Source: Fonticula alba ATCC 38817
Lineage: Eukaryota > Protista > Nucleariida
NCBI GenBank assembly: GCA_000388065.2
Contig: KB932207.1
DNA length: 44,326 bases
Reading direction: 5' to 3' (one strand)
Shown one piece after another: positions 34,814-44,326 of the stretch. Both the position numbers and the translations under genes were made by a program. The notes beneath the pieces are model-generated. The model ran no database searches, was not told the origin of the DNA, and saw only the letters and a list, made by a program, of their open reading frames with translations. Position 1 is the first letter of the stretch. Each line of letters opens with the position of its first letter.

Positions 34814-37109
34814 TCACCTGATGACAAATGTGCACAGGTCATGCGCCGCCGACACCTGGCCGCCGGGGTGCTGGTCGGCGGCCAGCTTGACGATCCTGCA
34901 CCACGGAGGGCGGGGGAGAGAACCCCGCAAAAACCCAGAGCCAGAGGAGGGTGGCAGAGAGGTGGTGGGAGGGGGGACCACAGGACGAAGCGGGCGTTTG
35001 CGTTGGAGCCGGCAAAAGCGCATGGCAGGGGGACGTGACGTGTCAGAGGGAGAGAGAGAGAGAGAGAGGAAGAAAGAAAGAAAGAGGGAGAGAGAGAAAG
35101 AAAGAAAGAGGGAGAGAGGAGGAGGAGGAGGAGGGATGGGTACTGCAGGGGGGTTTGCAGGGAGGAACCCGCCAGGCCCATGGGCACGTACATCTCCATG
35201 TGGTTCTGGGGCGCGGTGAGCGGCGCCTCGGGTGAGGAGGTCGGGGGCTGGGCCACATTCAGCGCGGGATACCGCGCGCTGAAGTGGGACAGAATCAGGT
35301 GCGACTTGTGGCTGGCTAGACGCGCAAACTTCCCGGCCATTTGGGGAGTGCTGTGGCCGCGCGACCGGGCCAGGCCCTCGGCAGCCCGGTGGGACTCCTC
35401 GGTGCCCGGGTCCAGAGACCCATCCCGCAGGATCTGGAACCCGGCCAGAGTGGCCTCGTGAACGATGGCATCGGCACCGTGGCAGATGGCCAGCGCGGCA
35501 CGCGAGTCGCTGGTGTCCCCCATGAAGGCCACCCGCCGACCGGGCACCGGGGGGACGATGAATTCCGCCGCGCAGAAGGACGCCCCCGGGTGCGGCGAGC
35601 TATCGTCGGCCACAAAGTGCCCGCCGTTGCAGATGACCGACGAGATCTTCCGGCTGATGTCGCGCGCGGGGATGTCAGGCCTGTCGTGACGGGCAGAGAG
35701 GGGACCGGGCGGCGGCGAGAAAAGGCAGATGCACGCGGGCAGCAACCATGGAAGTATGGGTCAGGGAGCGGGGAGTGGGGAGCAGGGGAACGGGGGAACG
35801 GGGGAACGGGGGAACGGGGGAACCAAGAAGACGCGCGGCCGGGCCACGTACATGCGCTTGCCGATGGCCTCCAGCAGGGCGGCGCTGTCGAAGCGCGGGC
35901 GCTTCGGGAACTCGGTCACCGCAAAGCCGAAAGAGAAGGTATCGTGTGCCAGCGGGGCCGCCGTCACCCGGAAGGGCAGCTGACAGGCCGGCAGCCCGGG
36001 GACCCGGTAAGCCACCCGGTCTGTGAGGGAGGCCCGCACCGGGCCCTGGCCGCCCGTGGCGTCGGCCGGCAGCGCCAACAGGGTCGGGGCCTTGGACGGG
36101 CTCTTTGGCACCGGGGCCGGGGCCGGGGCCGATTCCACGACCGGGTAGGTGGCCGGATCAAACATCCAAGACACCGCATCTGCGTCCGAGAGATCGGGGC
36201 GCCCGTCGGCGCGCAGGCGCGCCCGCAACCCCTCGTCATCCATCCCAGAGGGGCAGTTCGGCCCGAAGGAGAAGTGCCCCGAGCACAGCAGCCGGGCATC
36301 CGGCCCGGCGCCAGGGGTCTCCGGCCAGTCGGCCGCCAGCGGGACGTCATATGTACCGGCCGGCGCCGGGCGAATGCACTCCCGGTGAATCGACGAGGCC
36401 CCGCCATCGCCCGGGGGAAGCGCATCGCAGGGTGGCGATGCGCCACACGTGCAGTAGCTGATCGGGCTGCCTGCTGCGCTGGCAGACGCTCCATCGATGG
36501 AGGCCCCGGCCGTGGCCGGGTTCGGCCGCACATTCCGGCCCTGCAGTTCGTTGAAGAGGAAGTCCCCGGCCGGCGAGTCATCCAGCGCCGGGGCCTCGCC
36601 AAGGGCCGGGTGCAGCTCGTGCACCACAAACCGGAAGGCCATGTTGGTGCCGGAAAACCGCAGCGACTGGCGGAGATATGCCCGCAAGCCGGGCGGTCCG
36701 ACGATCACCAGGTGCCCATCGCCCGGCACGAAGCCCGTGGACCCGGCGCTGGAGGACAGGGTCATCAGCAGGCCCACCAGCCCATTGACGTGGTCACCAT
36801 GCGCATGGGTGATGAAGATGTGCGACATCTTTCGGAAGCCGAGCTTGGATTGTTGGAGTTTCACCTACCAGGTGGCGAGGCGGCGGCCCGGGGGGGGGGG
36901 GGCGAATGGAACCCGGCGCGGGGGGGGGGGATGGCGTGAGTGATTGGCCTCCCGGCGGGGCAGACACGGGCAGGACAGCCGCGCACCTGTGTATTCTCGC
37001 CGCAATCGAAGAGCAGCATATGGGTCCCGTCGACGACCATGGCCATGGCGGAGGTTCCGCGCGAGGCCGAGGGGATGGCACTGCCGGTGCCGAGGAAGCA
37101 CAATTGCAT
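34814..37109 (-). CDS. ELAC1: Short-form tRNase Z (ELAC1-type metallo-beta-lactamase), ~568 aa, possibly +60 aa from an upstream ATG at 37289
   Basis: Exons 37109-36987, 36864-35852, 35680-35192, 34895-34814, phases consistent. Motifs FLGTGS, LFDCGE, ITHAHGDH, GRRVAFMGDT, HEAT, HST, LSHFSARY and AHDL. One catalytic domain only. Confidence 0.9.
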
Positions 37110-37774
37110 TGGGTAACTCCGGAGCGGTGGGACGGCCGAAGATCTGGCAGCCGCGGAAGACAGGCGCCGGGGGGTGATGCTCGGAAGTGGAAGGAACAAG
37201 GGGAGGGGCGGGGCGGGAGGCTGGCCGGCGGCGATGGCCAGCCGTGCGGCGTGAGTCCCGCAAAAGTGCCTGACCGCACGCACCAACATCGGCCTCTGCT
37301 GGGTGGTGATCCGGGCTCTGTCTCGGGCCCTCGTGGATGTGGAAAGCAGGAGCCAGTCGGGGGATGGGAGGGAGACAGGGTGAAGGGGGGGGGGGGGGGG
37401 CCAACACCCCCACCTCGGGCCAGCCGGGCGCGCGGAAAAAGCCCCCACAAAGGAACCGCGGTTGCATCATGGCCCGGGCTGGCTGATCGGCCGCACCTCC
37501 CGGGGATGCCAACGATCGGCCGCACTTCCCGACCTGTGACAAGGGGGGGGCGGGGGGCGATTGAAAATCCGGGACCGCGGGAGGATCGCCGGCCCCGGCG
37601 ACCGGGGCATCCAGCCTCCCTCCCCTCCATACATGCATACACGCACACACATACACGCACGCATACACGCGCACGCATACACGCACACGCATACACGCAC
37701 ACGCATACACACACATATACGCCGCGCCTCGCCTCCCGCATATGGACGCACACGCGCCCTGTCCCGAGTCCAGC

Positions 37775-38833
37775 ATGGGGAATGACAGCGCCAGCGACGG
37801 CCCCGACAACACCAGTGACTTCGCAGCCCCCCGGGCAGATCTCGTCCCCATGAGCGAGTTCACCGAGGACGATAGCGATGGGTATGACGAGGAGGATGAG
37901 GACCGCGGCGCCCCGCCGGGGGACTACTATCAGCCCCTGGGGGATGGCCCGGCGTCGGACGATGAGCTGGCCCTGGCCATGGCATACGGCCTGACCACCA
38001 TGGATCTGGATGGCGAGGGCTTCGACTCGGACGGCACGATGTCCGACGAGCCGGATGCGGCCGGCCCCGCCACGGCTCCCCTGGCCGACCTGGATGACGA
38101 GCAGGTGGACTCGCTGGTGAAGGCCCTCCTGGCGGAGGATGACCGCCAGGCGTCGCTCTTTGTCAGCCCGGGTGCCCTGCCTGCCCGGAAGGCTGGCCGC
38201 CCAGCCTCGGCCCCGGCTGTGGAGGGGAGCGGTGTTGGCCGGCATGGCCGTGACTCCTCGGCTCGCGGCCTGGATGCCGAGCTGGACCCGCTGCCCACCC
38301 TCGGGGGCGACGTCGACGAGTTCCTCCGCGGCGATGTACGTGCCGTGAGCCTTTCGCTCTTGAGCCCCGACTCTCCGGCCATTCCTCCGATGTCGGTATC
38401 CCTCTGCTGACCCGCCCCACCCGCCCTCCTCCCATCACACGCACACACATGCACACACGCACACACAAATGCCTGCGGGCGCATATGCATCGGCGTCAGT
38501 ATGTCCAACTTAGTTCCGGCCCAAGGCCAACCTTCCTCCTGACATCCCGGCCCACAGAGGCCGAGGACCAATCGCGTGCGCCTGGTCTCGCCTGCTGCCT
38601 ACCCACTGCAGTGCCTTCCTCCTCCTCCTCTTCCTCCCCCCACCAGCTAACCCCAGCAGCGTGCGGTGTCCTCCGCCCGTCCTTGGCTCCTCCTCCCCTG
38701 GCTCGAGCCAGTCGACACCGAAACCATCCGGTCGATCATGCAAGGGATCTCCTTCCCCGCGAGCGCCGTCCCGGAGTGGGCCGGTCACGTGGACGAAGCA
38801 GACTGGCTGCCGGTCATCCGTCGGAGGGAGTGA
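37775..38833 (+). CDS. MEA1: Male-enhanced antigen 1-like acidic protein, ~252 aa (alternative start at 37742)
   Basis: Proposed exons 37775-38335, 38500-38575, 38712-38833; the middle exon is the least certain. An acidic N-terminal region with YYQPL and a C-terminal LDTETIRSIMQGISFPASAVPEWAGHVDEADW resemble the recalled MEA1 C-terminus ([23 protein letters not shown]). Head-to-head with the RNase Z gene. Confidence 0.7.
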
Positions 38834-40050
38834 ACATGGCGAAAGTCCAGCACCCCCGGGCTGGCACCTATGCCGGATTGTTCTGCTGCGCCCCACTTAC
38901 ATTCTCCTACTCAAGAAACCAGTTTCACCGTCAGCTCTCCCTCCGTTCCGGCGGCATGGGCATGTGGGGCGAGGGGGGGTTCTGTCTCTCTTGTCTTTCT
39001 GTTTCCCGCCTACGGGGAGGGCGAGAGAGAGAAGGCCGTGACGCGGGCCGTCGCGGCCCTTTTGCAGGGCATGCGCATCATCAACCTTCGGTGTGGATGT
39101 GACATATTCTTCGTTATTTTAATGGGGGATTATTTTCCGCCACCGCCCGTTCTCCTCTCTCCTTCGCCGGCAGCTTCTCGGGCGGGCGGGGGGGCGGGGG
39201 GCGCGGGCGGAGCGTTCACTGTGCATGTGTGAGAAGAAAACCCCCCGCAGGGTCAGGGGCGGCATTCTCAGTTGGGAGCACGGGCGTGGCAAGCCACGAC
39301 GCTTTCCGGCACCGCGCGTGGCTCCGAGTCTCCCTCGGAGGCGCGCGGTGACTGGAGCGGGGTGCGGGGCGCGACGGGGGATGTTGCGAGGCGGCACGCG
39401 CCGTGCACCGGCGCCAGGGGAACGGAGGCCGGCTCGGGCTCTCTCCCGGCTTCTGCAAGGTCCTCGGGCAGGGGGAGATACGCCAAGGGAGAACCGCCCG
39501 GTCTCCTCCCCCCCCCCCCCCCGGGTCCCCACGCAGCCNNNNNNNNNNNNNNNNNNNNNNNNNNNNNNNNNNNNNNNNNNNNNNNNNNNNNNNNNNNNNN
39601 NNNNNNNNNNNNNNNNNNNNNNNNNNNNNNNNNNNNNNNNNNNNNNNNNNNNNNNNNNNNNNNNNNNNNNNNNNNNNNNNNNNNNNNNNNNNNNNNNNNN
39701 NNNNNNNNNNNNNNNNNNNNNNNNNNNNNNNNNNNNNNNNNNNNNNNNNNNNNNNNNNNNNNNTCGACCCGGGGTGGGGGGGGAGGGGGGGGTGGGGGCC
39801 GGGGGGCGGCCGGGGGGGGAGGACATTCGCCTGGCCACGCCCCGGCCGCCTGGGCGGGGACCTCCCTGGGATCGGGCGGAATTCCGGGAGCCGGGCGCAC
39901 CTTGCCTTCAAGTGCACCCGCCGTCCTACCCACTGCACCAAGGGTCGTTCCCCAGCTGTTCATTTCGATTTGTTTTCTGGCATAATCTCGGAATAGCACT
40001 AGCAAAAGTACGGCTTCTGCTTTCCGCCCCTCCTCCTCCTCCCCCTCCCA

Positions 40051-40089
<39 letters not shown>

Positions 40090-40776
40090 GCCTTTTGCCC
40101 TCGCCTCCCCGCCCGTGCCCCTCCCTCTCCCCGATTGGACGACGTCAGGACTCCCCCCCCTCCCCCTCCCGGTTCCACTGTTGCTGGGCGTGTGTGCCTA
40201 CTGGCGGCCGGGCCCGACCCGTATCTGGCCCAGCACGGCACAGGACTGTGTCCGCCTGTGTGTGTGTGAGTGCAGATCGGGGGCGCCATGCGGCGCCTCA
40301 CGTCGGAGCCGCGCCGTTGCCGTGCTGCGGGGGCGCCCTCGTCCCTGTTGCCGCTGGGCACCGCCGCCCTCCGCGCATTTGCCCACCCGGCGTCTGTGCC
40401 CAACCTGCGCGGGGTCGGATTCATCTTGCCGAAGTTGCATCCGATGCGCGCGGTGTTTGGTGTGCTGCCCCTGCCGTTGGGCGCGCGCGTGAGTCGGCGC
40501 GCCGGCGGCCATACGTGCCCGCTCATGCACATCCCCGTGTGTGTGGGGGGGGTGTGTGTCTGGCCATGCACATGCTACTGCGCACCCGTCAGGCCGCTGG
40601 CGAGGGGCGGGGGCCCGTCGTCCTCTTTGTCACCGCGCTCGCGCTCTCCCCTCCCCCCTTTTCTGGCACTCCCCTGCGTGCCCCCTCCGGCTCGCCGCGC
40701 GAGAGAGGCATCCATCGAACTAACCCCCCCCCTTCGTGTCCTCTCCCTCGCTCTCTCCCTCTCTCCTCTCCCCAAG

Positions 40777-41418
40777 ATGGTGGCCGCTACTGTCCCCCAC
40801 AAGAAGATCGTCAAGAAGCACTCCAAGCCCTTCTACCGCTACCACTGGCACCGTTACAACCGCCTTGGTCGTGTACGTGCCCTCCCCCCTTGCCATGTTG
40901 CCTGCTGCTGTTGGGCTGTGATTGTTCGCAAGCGCGAGCGCTCCCGACCCTCGCTCTCTCGCTCTCTCCCCTTTTGCCCGCCTCCTCCTCCTCCCCCGTC
41001 GTTTTCTCTTTCTCTCGCTTTTCTCTCCTCCCCCCCTGCTCTCGTGTGGTGGGTGGCTAACAGCGGCCTCCTCCCCTTCCCTCTCCTCCCTCCGGACCCG
41101 TAGCAGGAGACCTGGCGCAAGGACCGCGGTATCGATAGCCGCATGCGTCGCCGCTTCAAGGGTATGGCTCCTCAGGTCTCGATCGGTTTCGGTTCCGACA
41201 AGGCCACCAAGTTCCTGCGCCCTGATGGCTACAAGACCTTCGTTGTCAACAACGTCAAGGACCTCGACATCCTCATCATGAGCAACCACACCTACGCCGC
41301 TGAGGTCGCCCACAACGTCTCCGCCGCCAAGCGCGTCGGTATCGTTGAGCGCGCCAAGGAGCTCGGCATCAAGGTCACCAACCCCAACGCCCGCGTCCGC
41401 TCTGAGGAGTCCGCCTAA
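40777..41418 (+). CDS. RPL32: 60S ribosomal protein eL32, 135 aa
   Basis: Exons 40777-40872 and 41107-41418. Motifs [59 protein letters not shown] and [12 protein letters not shown]. Confidence 0.96.
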
Positions 41419-42884
41419 ATGATGCAGTGCGAGCCTTGAGAGACGGGAGTGTGTGCGTGCGCGTGTGTGTGCGTGTGGTGTGTGCACACATGGCATGAGC
41501 GGGGCGCGCTGGTGTGTGTGTGTGCGCGCGGCAGCAGCAGCACCCCCCCTCGGGGGGGGCGGCGGCGCGGGGCGTGAGGCGGAGCCATCTCCCCTCTCTC
41601 TCCCCCCCCGGCCCCGCTGCGCGCGCGCCCCACCGCCCGTGTTCTCTTTTGCCGTTGTTCTCCCCCCTTTCCCCCTCCCGCGCGTGGGGTGCTCCTCGTG
41701 GTACTTTGCCTCTGTGTGTGCGCCTGCGCGCGCGCGCGCGCGCACCGCCTTCTCGAAACTAAACGGATTCTTACGATAAACTTTGCCCTTTCCTTCTTTT
41801 GTGCGCGCCCCTCTCTCTCTCTCTTTGTTTGCTGTGTGTGTGTTTGCTGTGTGTCGAGGCGCGGGTCGCGCCGCGCCCCCCGTGTGCCTGCACGCGCGCG
41901 CGCGCACATGTGTGTGTATCGCTCTCAGGGCGCGCGCCCGCGCCGCCTGTGTACAGGCTCTCCCAGCGTGCCATCGCCGCTTTCCCGCCCTCTTTCTCTC
42001 ACACCCTCGCAGCGCGAGGGCTCCCCGCGCGCGAGGCTGCCTCTTTCCTCGCTCTCTCCGATCCTTGTGTGTGTGTGTGTGTGGGAGGGGGGGGAGCGCC
42101 CTTCTGGGCGCACATATGGTGTCCAGTCGCTTGTTCTGTGGGGGCGCGCAGGGGCGAGGGGGGTGCGCTCCCGGCCCTCTCTCTCTCTCTCTCGAGAGCC
42201 GATCGGGGCCAATCCCACGCATGTGTGTGGGGGCGCAACCGAATGGCCTGCCATCGGCGTGTGTGTGTGTGTGTGTTGTGGCCTCGGTCGTGCTGTGTTC
42301 TGCTTTTCCTCCCGCGCCGCCCCCCTCAGGGAAGTCCCAGCGCGGGGAGCTGCCCGCGATGTAAGTGTGTGTGTGTGTGTGTGTGTGTGCGTGCGTACGT
42401 GCGTGGAGCGGGGCGGAGCGGGGCGCCAGCCAGCGCAGTTCGCTGGCCATGTCAGTTAACCCCATCGTAAACCCACGGGCGCCTGGCCCTCTCTGTGGGT
42501 GTGGCCCGGAGGCGCCAACGTTAACCGGATGGCGGAGACGACAGTGCGGGATCACACGGACCGGATGCGTTGGCAGTCGGATTAACAGCCCTGGCTCCTG
42601 AGCCCTCCGCGGCCTGGCGTGCTCCTGCGGCCCCGCCCCCCCCCCCCCCCATTGCGCCACCCGCCTTGACCAGGCATACGTGTGTGTGTGTGTGTGTGCA
42701 TGTTCTCGCGCACACATGTAAAGCACGCATGAGTGTACACCGCTGGCGGTCTATATTGGGCCTCTGCCAAGGTGCAGAGGACACCCCGAGAGAGAGAGAG
42801 AGAGAGGGAGAGTGGGCGACGGGAGGCAGACAACGCGCCAACCCCCGCCAGCCCCCGTGCCTCCTCCCGGCCCCGGCGTGCGGG

Positions 42885-43111
42885 CTACCGCTTCCGGGCG
42901 GTCGGCGACCGGAGCGCCGTGCTCACGACGCCAGGCGCATCCGGTGTGGAGGACCCGGCGACGGCGCCGCCCTTGCCGGCACGCACTTGGCGCACAGTGG
43001 CCAGATTCCGCTGGCGGGCGCGCTTGAGATCTGTGCCGCGGCCATGGGTGTGCGGGTTGTGTGTGTGGGTGTGCGCAGGGTGTCAGTAGGCGCGTCCCGC
43101 GGAATCCTCCG

Positions 43112-43151
<40 letters not shown>

Positions 43152-43152
43152 T

Positions 43153-43184
<32 letters not shown>

Positions 43185-43940
43185 CCACATGCTCACGCAC
43201 CCTCCTTCTTGGCCTCGGCATTGATCTCCCGCATGAGAAGGTAGGCCGAGATGACGCCCATGAGGGCCAGCGGCACCATGATGCCCATGATCATCTTGCC
43301 GTAGGAGATCGGGTCGCGCACGATGTCCAGGATCAAGGAGTCCATCCAGTAGCGGAAGGGACCGAGGCTAGGGTCAGGCTGGATGACGGCGGCCTTGGCG
43401 GCGGCCGCCTTGGCAGCAGCCACGGCGGCGGTCGGCAGCAGCACCCCCGGCCCGGCGGGGTTCGACGAGATGGCCGCCTTGGCGGCCGCATCGGCGGCCT
43501 GCTGCCCGGCGGCGGCCACCAGCGTCGGGGCCGAGGCCAAGAGGGCAGTGGCAGCGGCGGCGGCCGCCGCCGCACGGGCACACCCCTCCGGCGCGTGGCG
43601 CGACGTGCCAGCCGGCACGGGAGCAGCGGCCGCCGGGGCGGCGGCCACCGGCCCGTCATCATGGTCATCCTCCTCGTCGTCATCCTGCAGGGACCCGGCG
43701 CCGGCGCCGCCCAACAGACGCATCTCCTCGGCCTGCTGCATTTGCCGGTGCAGCGTGGCCAGCGCCTGGGCCTGTTGCAGCTCGAGCTCCAGGGCAGCCG
43801 CCCGGCGCGAGGCAATCTCCGACTGCTTGGTCAGCAGGTGGGAGATGTCCTGCTCCGGGCCGGCCTGGGAGGCGGGCTTTTTGCGAGCCACCCGCTGGGA
43901 GGGAATGCCAGTCGGCGAGCCGGGCACAGTGGGATTGGTA

Positions 43941-43977
<37 letters not shown>

Positions 43978-44257
43978 GGGTGGTGGTGGCAGGCTCCGGC
44001 GGCGAGGTGGCGGCGGTCTTGCGGCGCTGCTCGCGCTTCTGCCGGGCGGCCGCCCGAGCGGCCGCCTCCTCCTCCTCGATGGCCTGGCGGGCGGCCTCTT
44101 CGGCCTCCTGGCGAATGCGCTCCATCAGGTCGTCATCGCTGATGTAGAGGGCCGCCCGGCGCCGGGCGAAGTCCGGCGGCACCGGGGCGCCCTCCGTGTA
44201 AACATACGCCGAGGGGTCGGATGCGGCCAGTGGCCGATCCCTGTTCGGGGCGGTCAT
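42885..44257 (-). CDS. SMIM15: ~400-aa protein with a C-terminal SMIM15/UPF0542-like transmembrane domain and a long Ala-rich/coiled-coil N-terminal extension
   Basis: Exons 44257-43201 and 43030-42885 (G|GTGCGT ... CACAG|AT, phase 1). The spliced C-terminus WMDSLILDIVRDPISYGKMIMGIMVPLALMGVISAYLLMREINAEAKKEDLKRARQRNLA aligns without gaps to recalled human SMIM15 ([60 protein letters not shown]). Confidence 0.75.
43111..43184. repeat. Intronic poly-C tract (poly-G on the transcribed strand of the SMIM15-like gene)
   Basis: About 70 nt of near-pure C. A comparable tract lies in NDUFA9 intron 4 (about 17935-18009). Confidence 0.85.
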
Positions 44258-44326
44258 ATGGTGCGTTCGGGGATTGGTGTATGCACTGCAGTGGAGCAGG
44301 GCGGGACTGTGTCTGGCGTGTGTGTA

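Larger units (their letters stand above)
2964..39763. other. Eight scaffold gaps (N runs)
   Basis: Approximately 2964-3315, 10159-10318, 13500-13865, 15992-16785, 25530-25732, 27157-27352, 31704-31759 and 39539-39763. Many are bordered by G/C-rich low-complexity sequence. Confidence 0.97.

Noticed and set aside
40008-40776. Possible RPL32 5' UTR intron hosting a snoRNA
   Set aside because: A GTACGG donor and AAG acceptor are possible, but no C/D or H/ACA box arrangement was found; only one imperfect hairpin near 40427-40444.
1-44326. CRISPR arrays, tRNA genes, rRNA genes, telomerase RNA template
   Set aside because: No repeat-spacer arrays, cloverleaf/TTC-loop patterns or rRNA motifs were seen, and no CTAACCCT template in a plausible context.

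Overview
GC-rich, intron-containing eukaryotic nuclear DNA, dense in microsatellites and G/C homopolymer runs, with eight N-gaps. The gene content points to a non-fungal, non-animal opisthokont; a Fonticula-like organism is my inference and is not proven. By manually splicing GT-AG introns and checking phases I recover ten protein genes: exportin-T (-, 10 exons), NDUFA9 (+, 5' end lost in a gap), an intronless ~1,213-aa protein with a predicted mitochondrial presequence and about 12-14 tandem helix-turn-helix units (-), an mL61/Mrp49-like mitoribosomal protein (-), CDK5RAP1/MiaB (+), fructose-1,6-bisphosphatase (-), an ELAC1-type short RNase Z (-), an MEA1-like protein (+), RPL32 (+) and a SMIM15-domain protein with a long N-terminal extension (-). 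The first ~8 kb has no recognisable gene. The best candidate for something undescribed is the HTH-array gene. In the assembly it is broken by two Illumina-adapter chimeric duplications (201 and 182 nt); removing them restores one ORF. Also notable: none of the 31 inferred splice donors has A at +4 (consensus GTRYGY). Most long ORFs in the six-frame track are low-complexity artefacts of high GC content.
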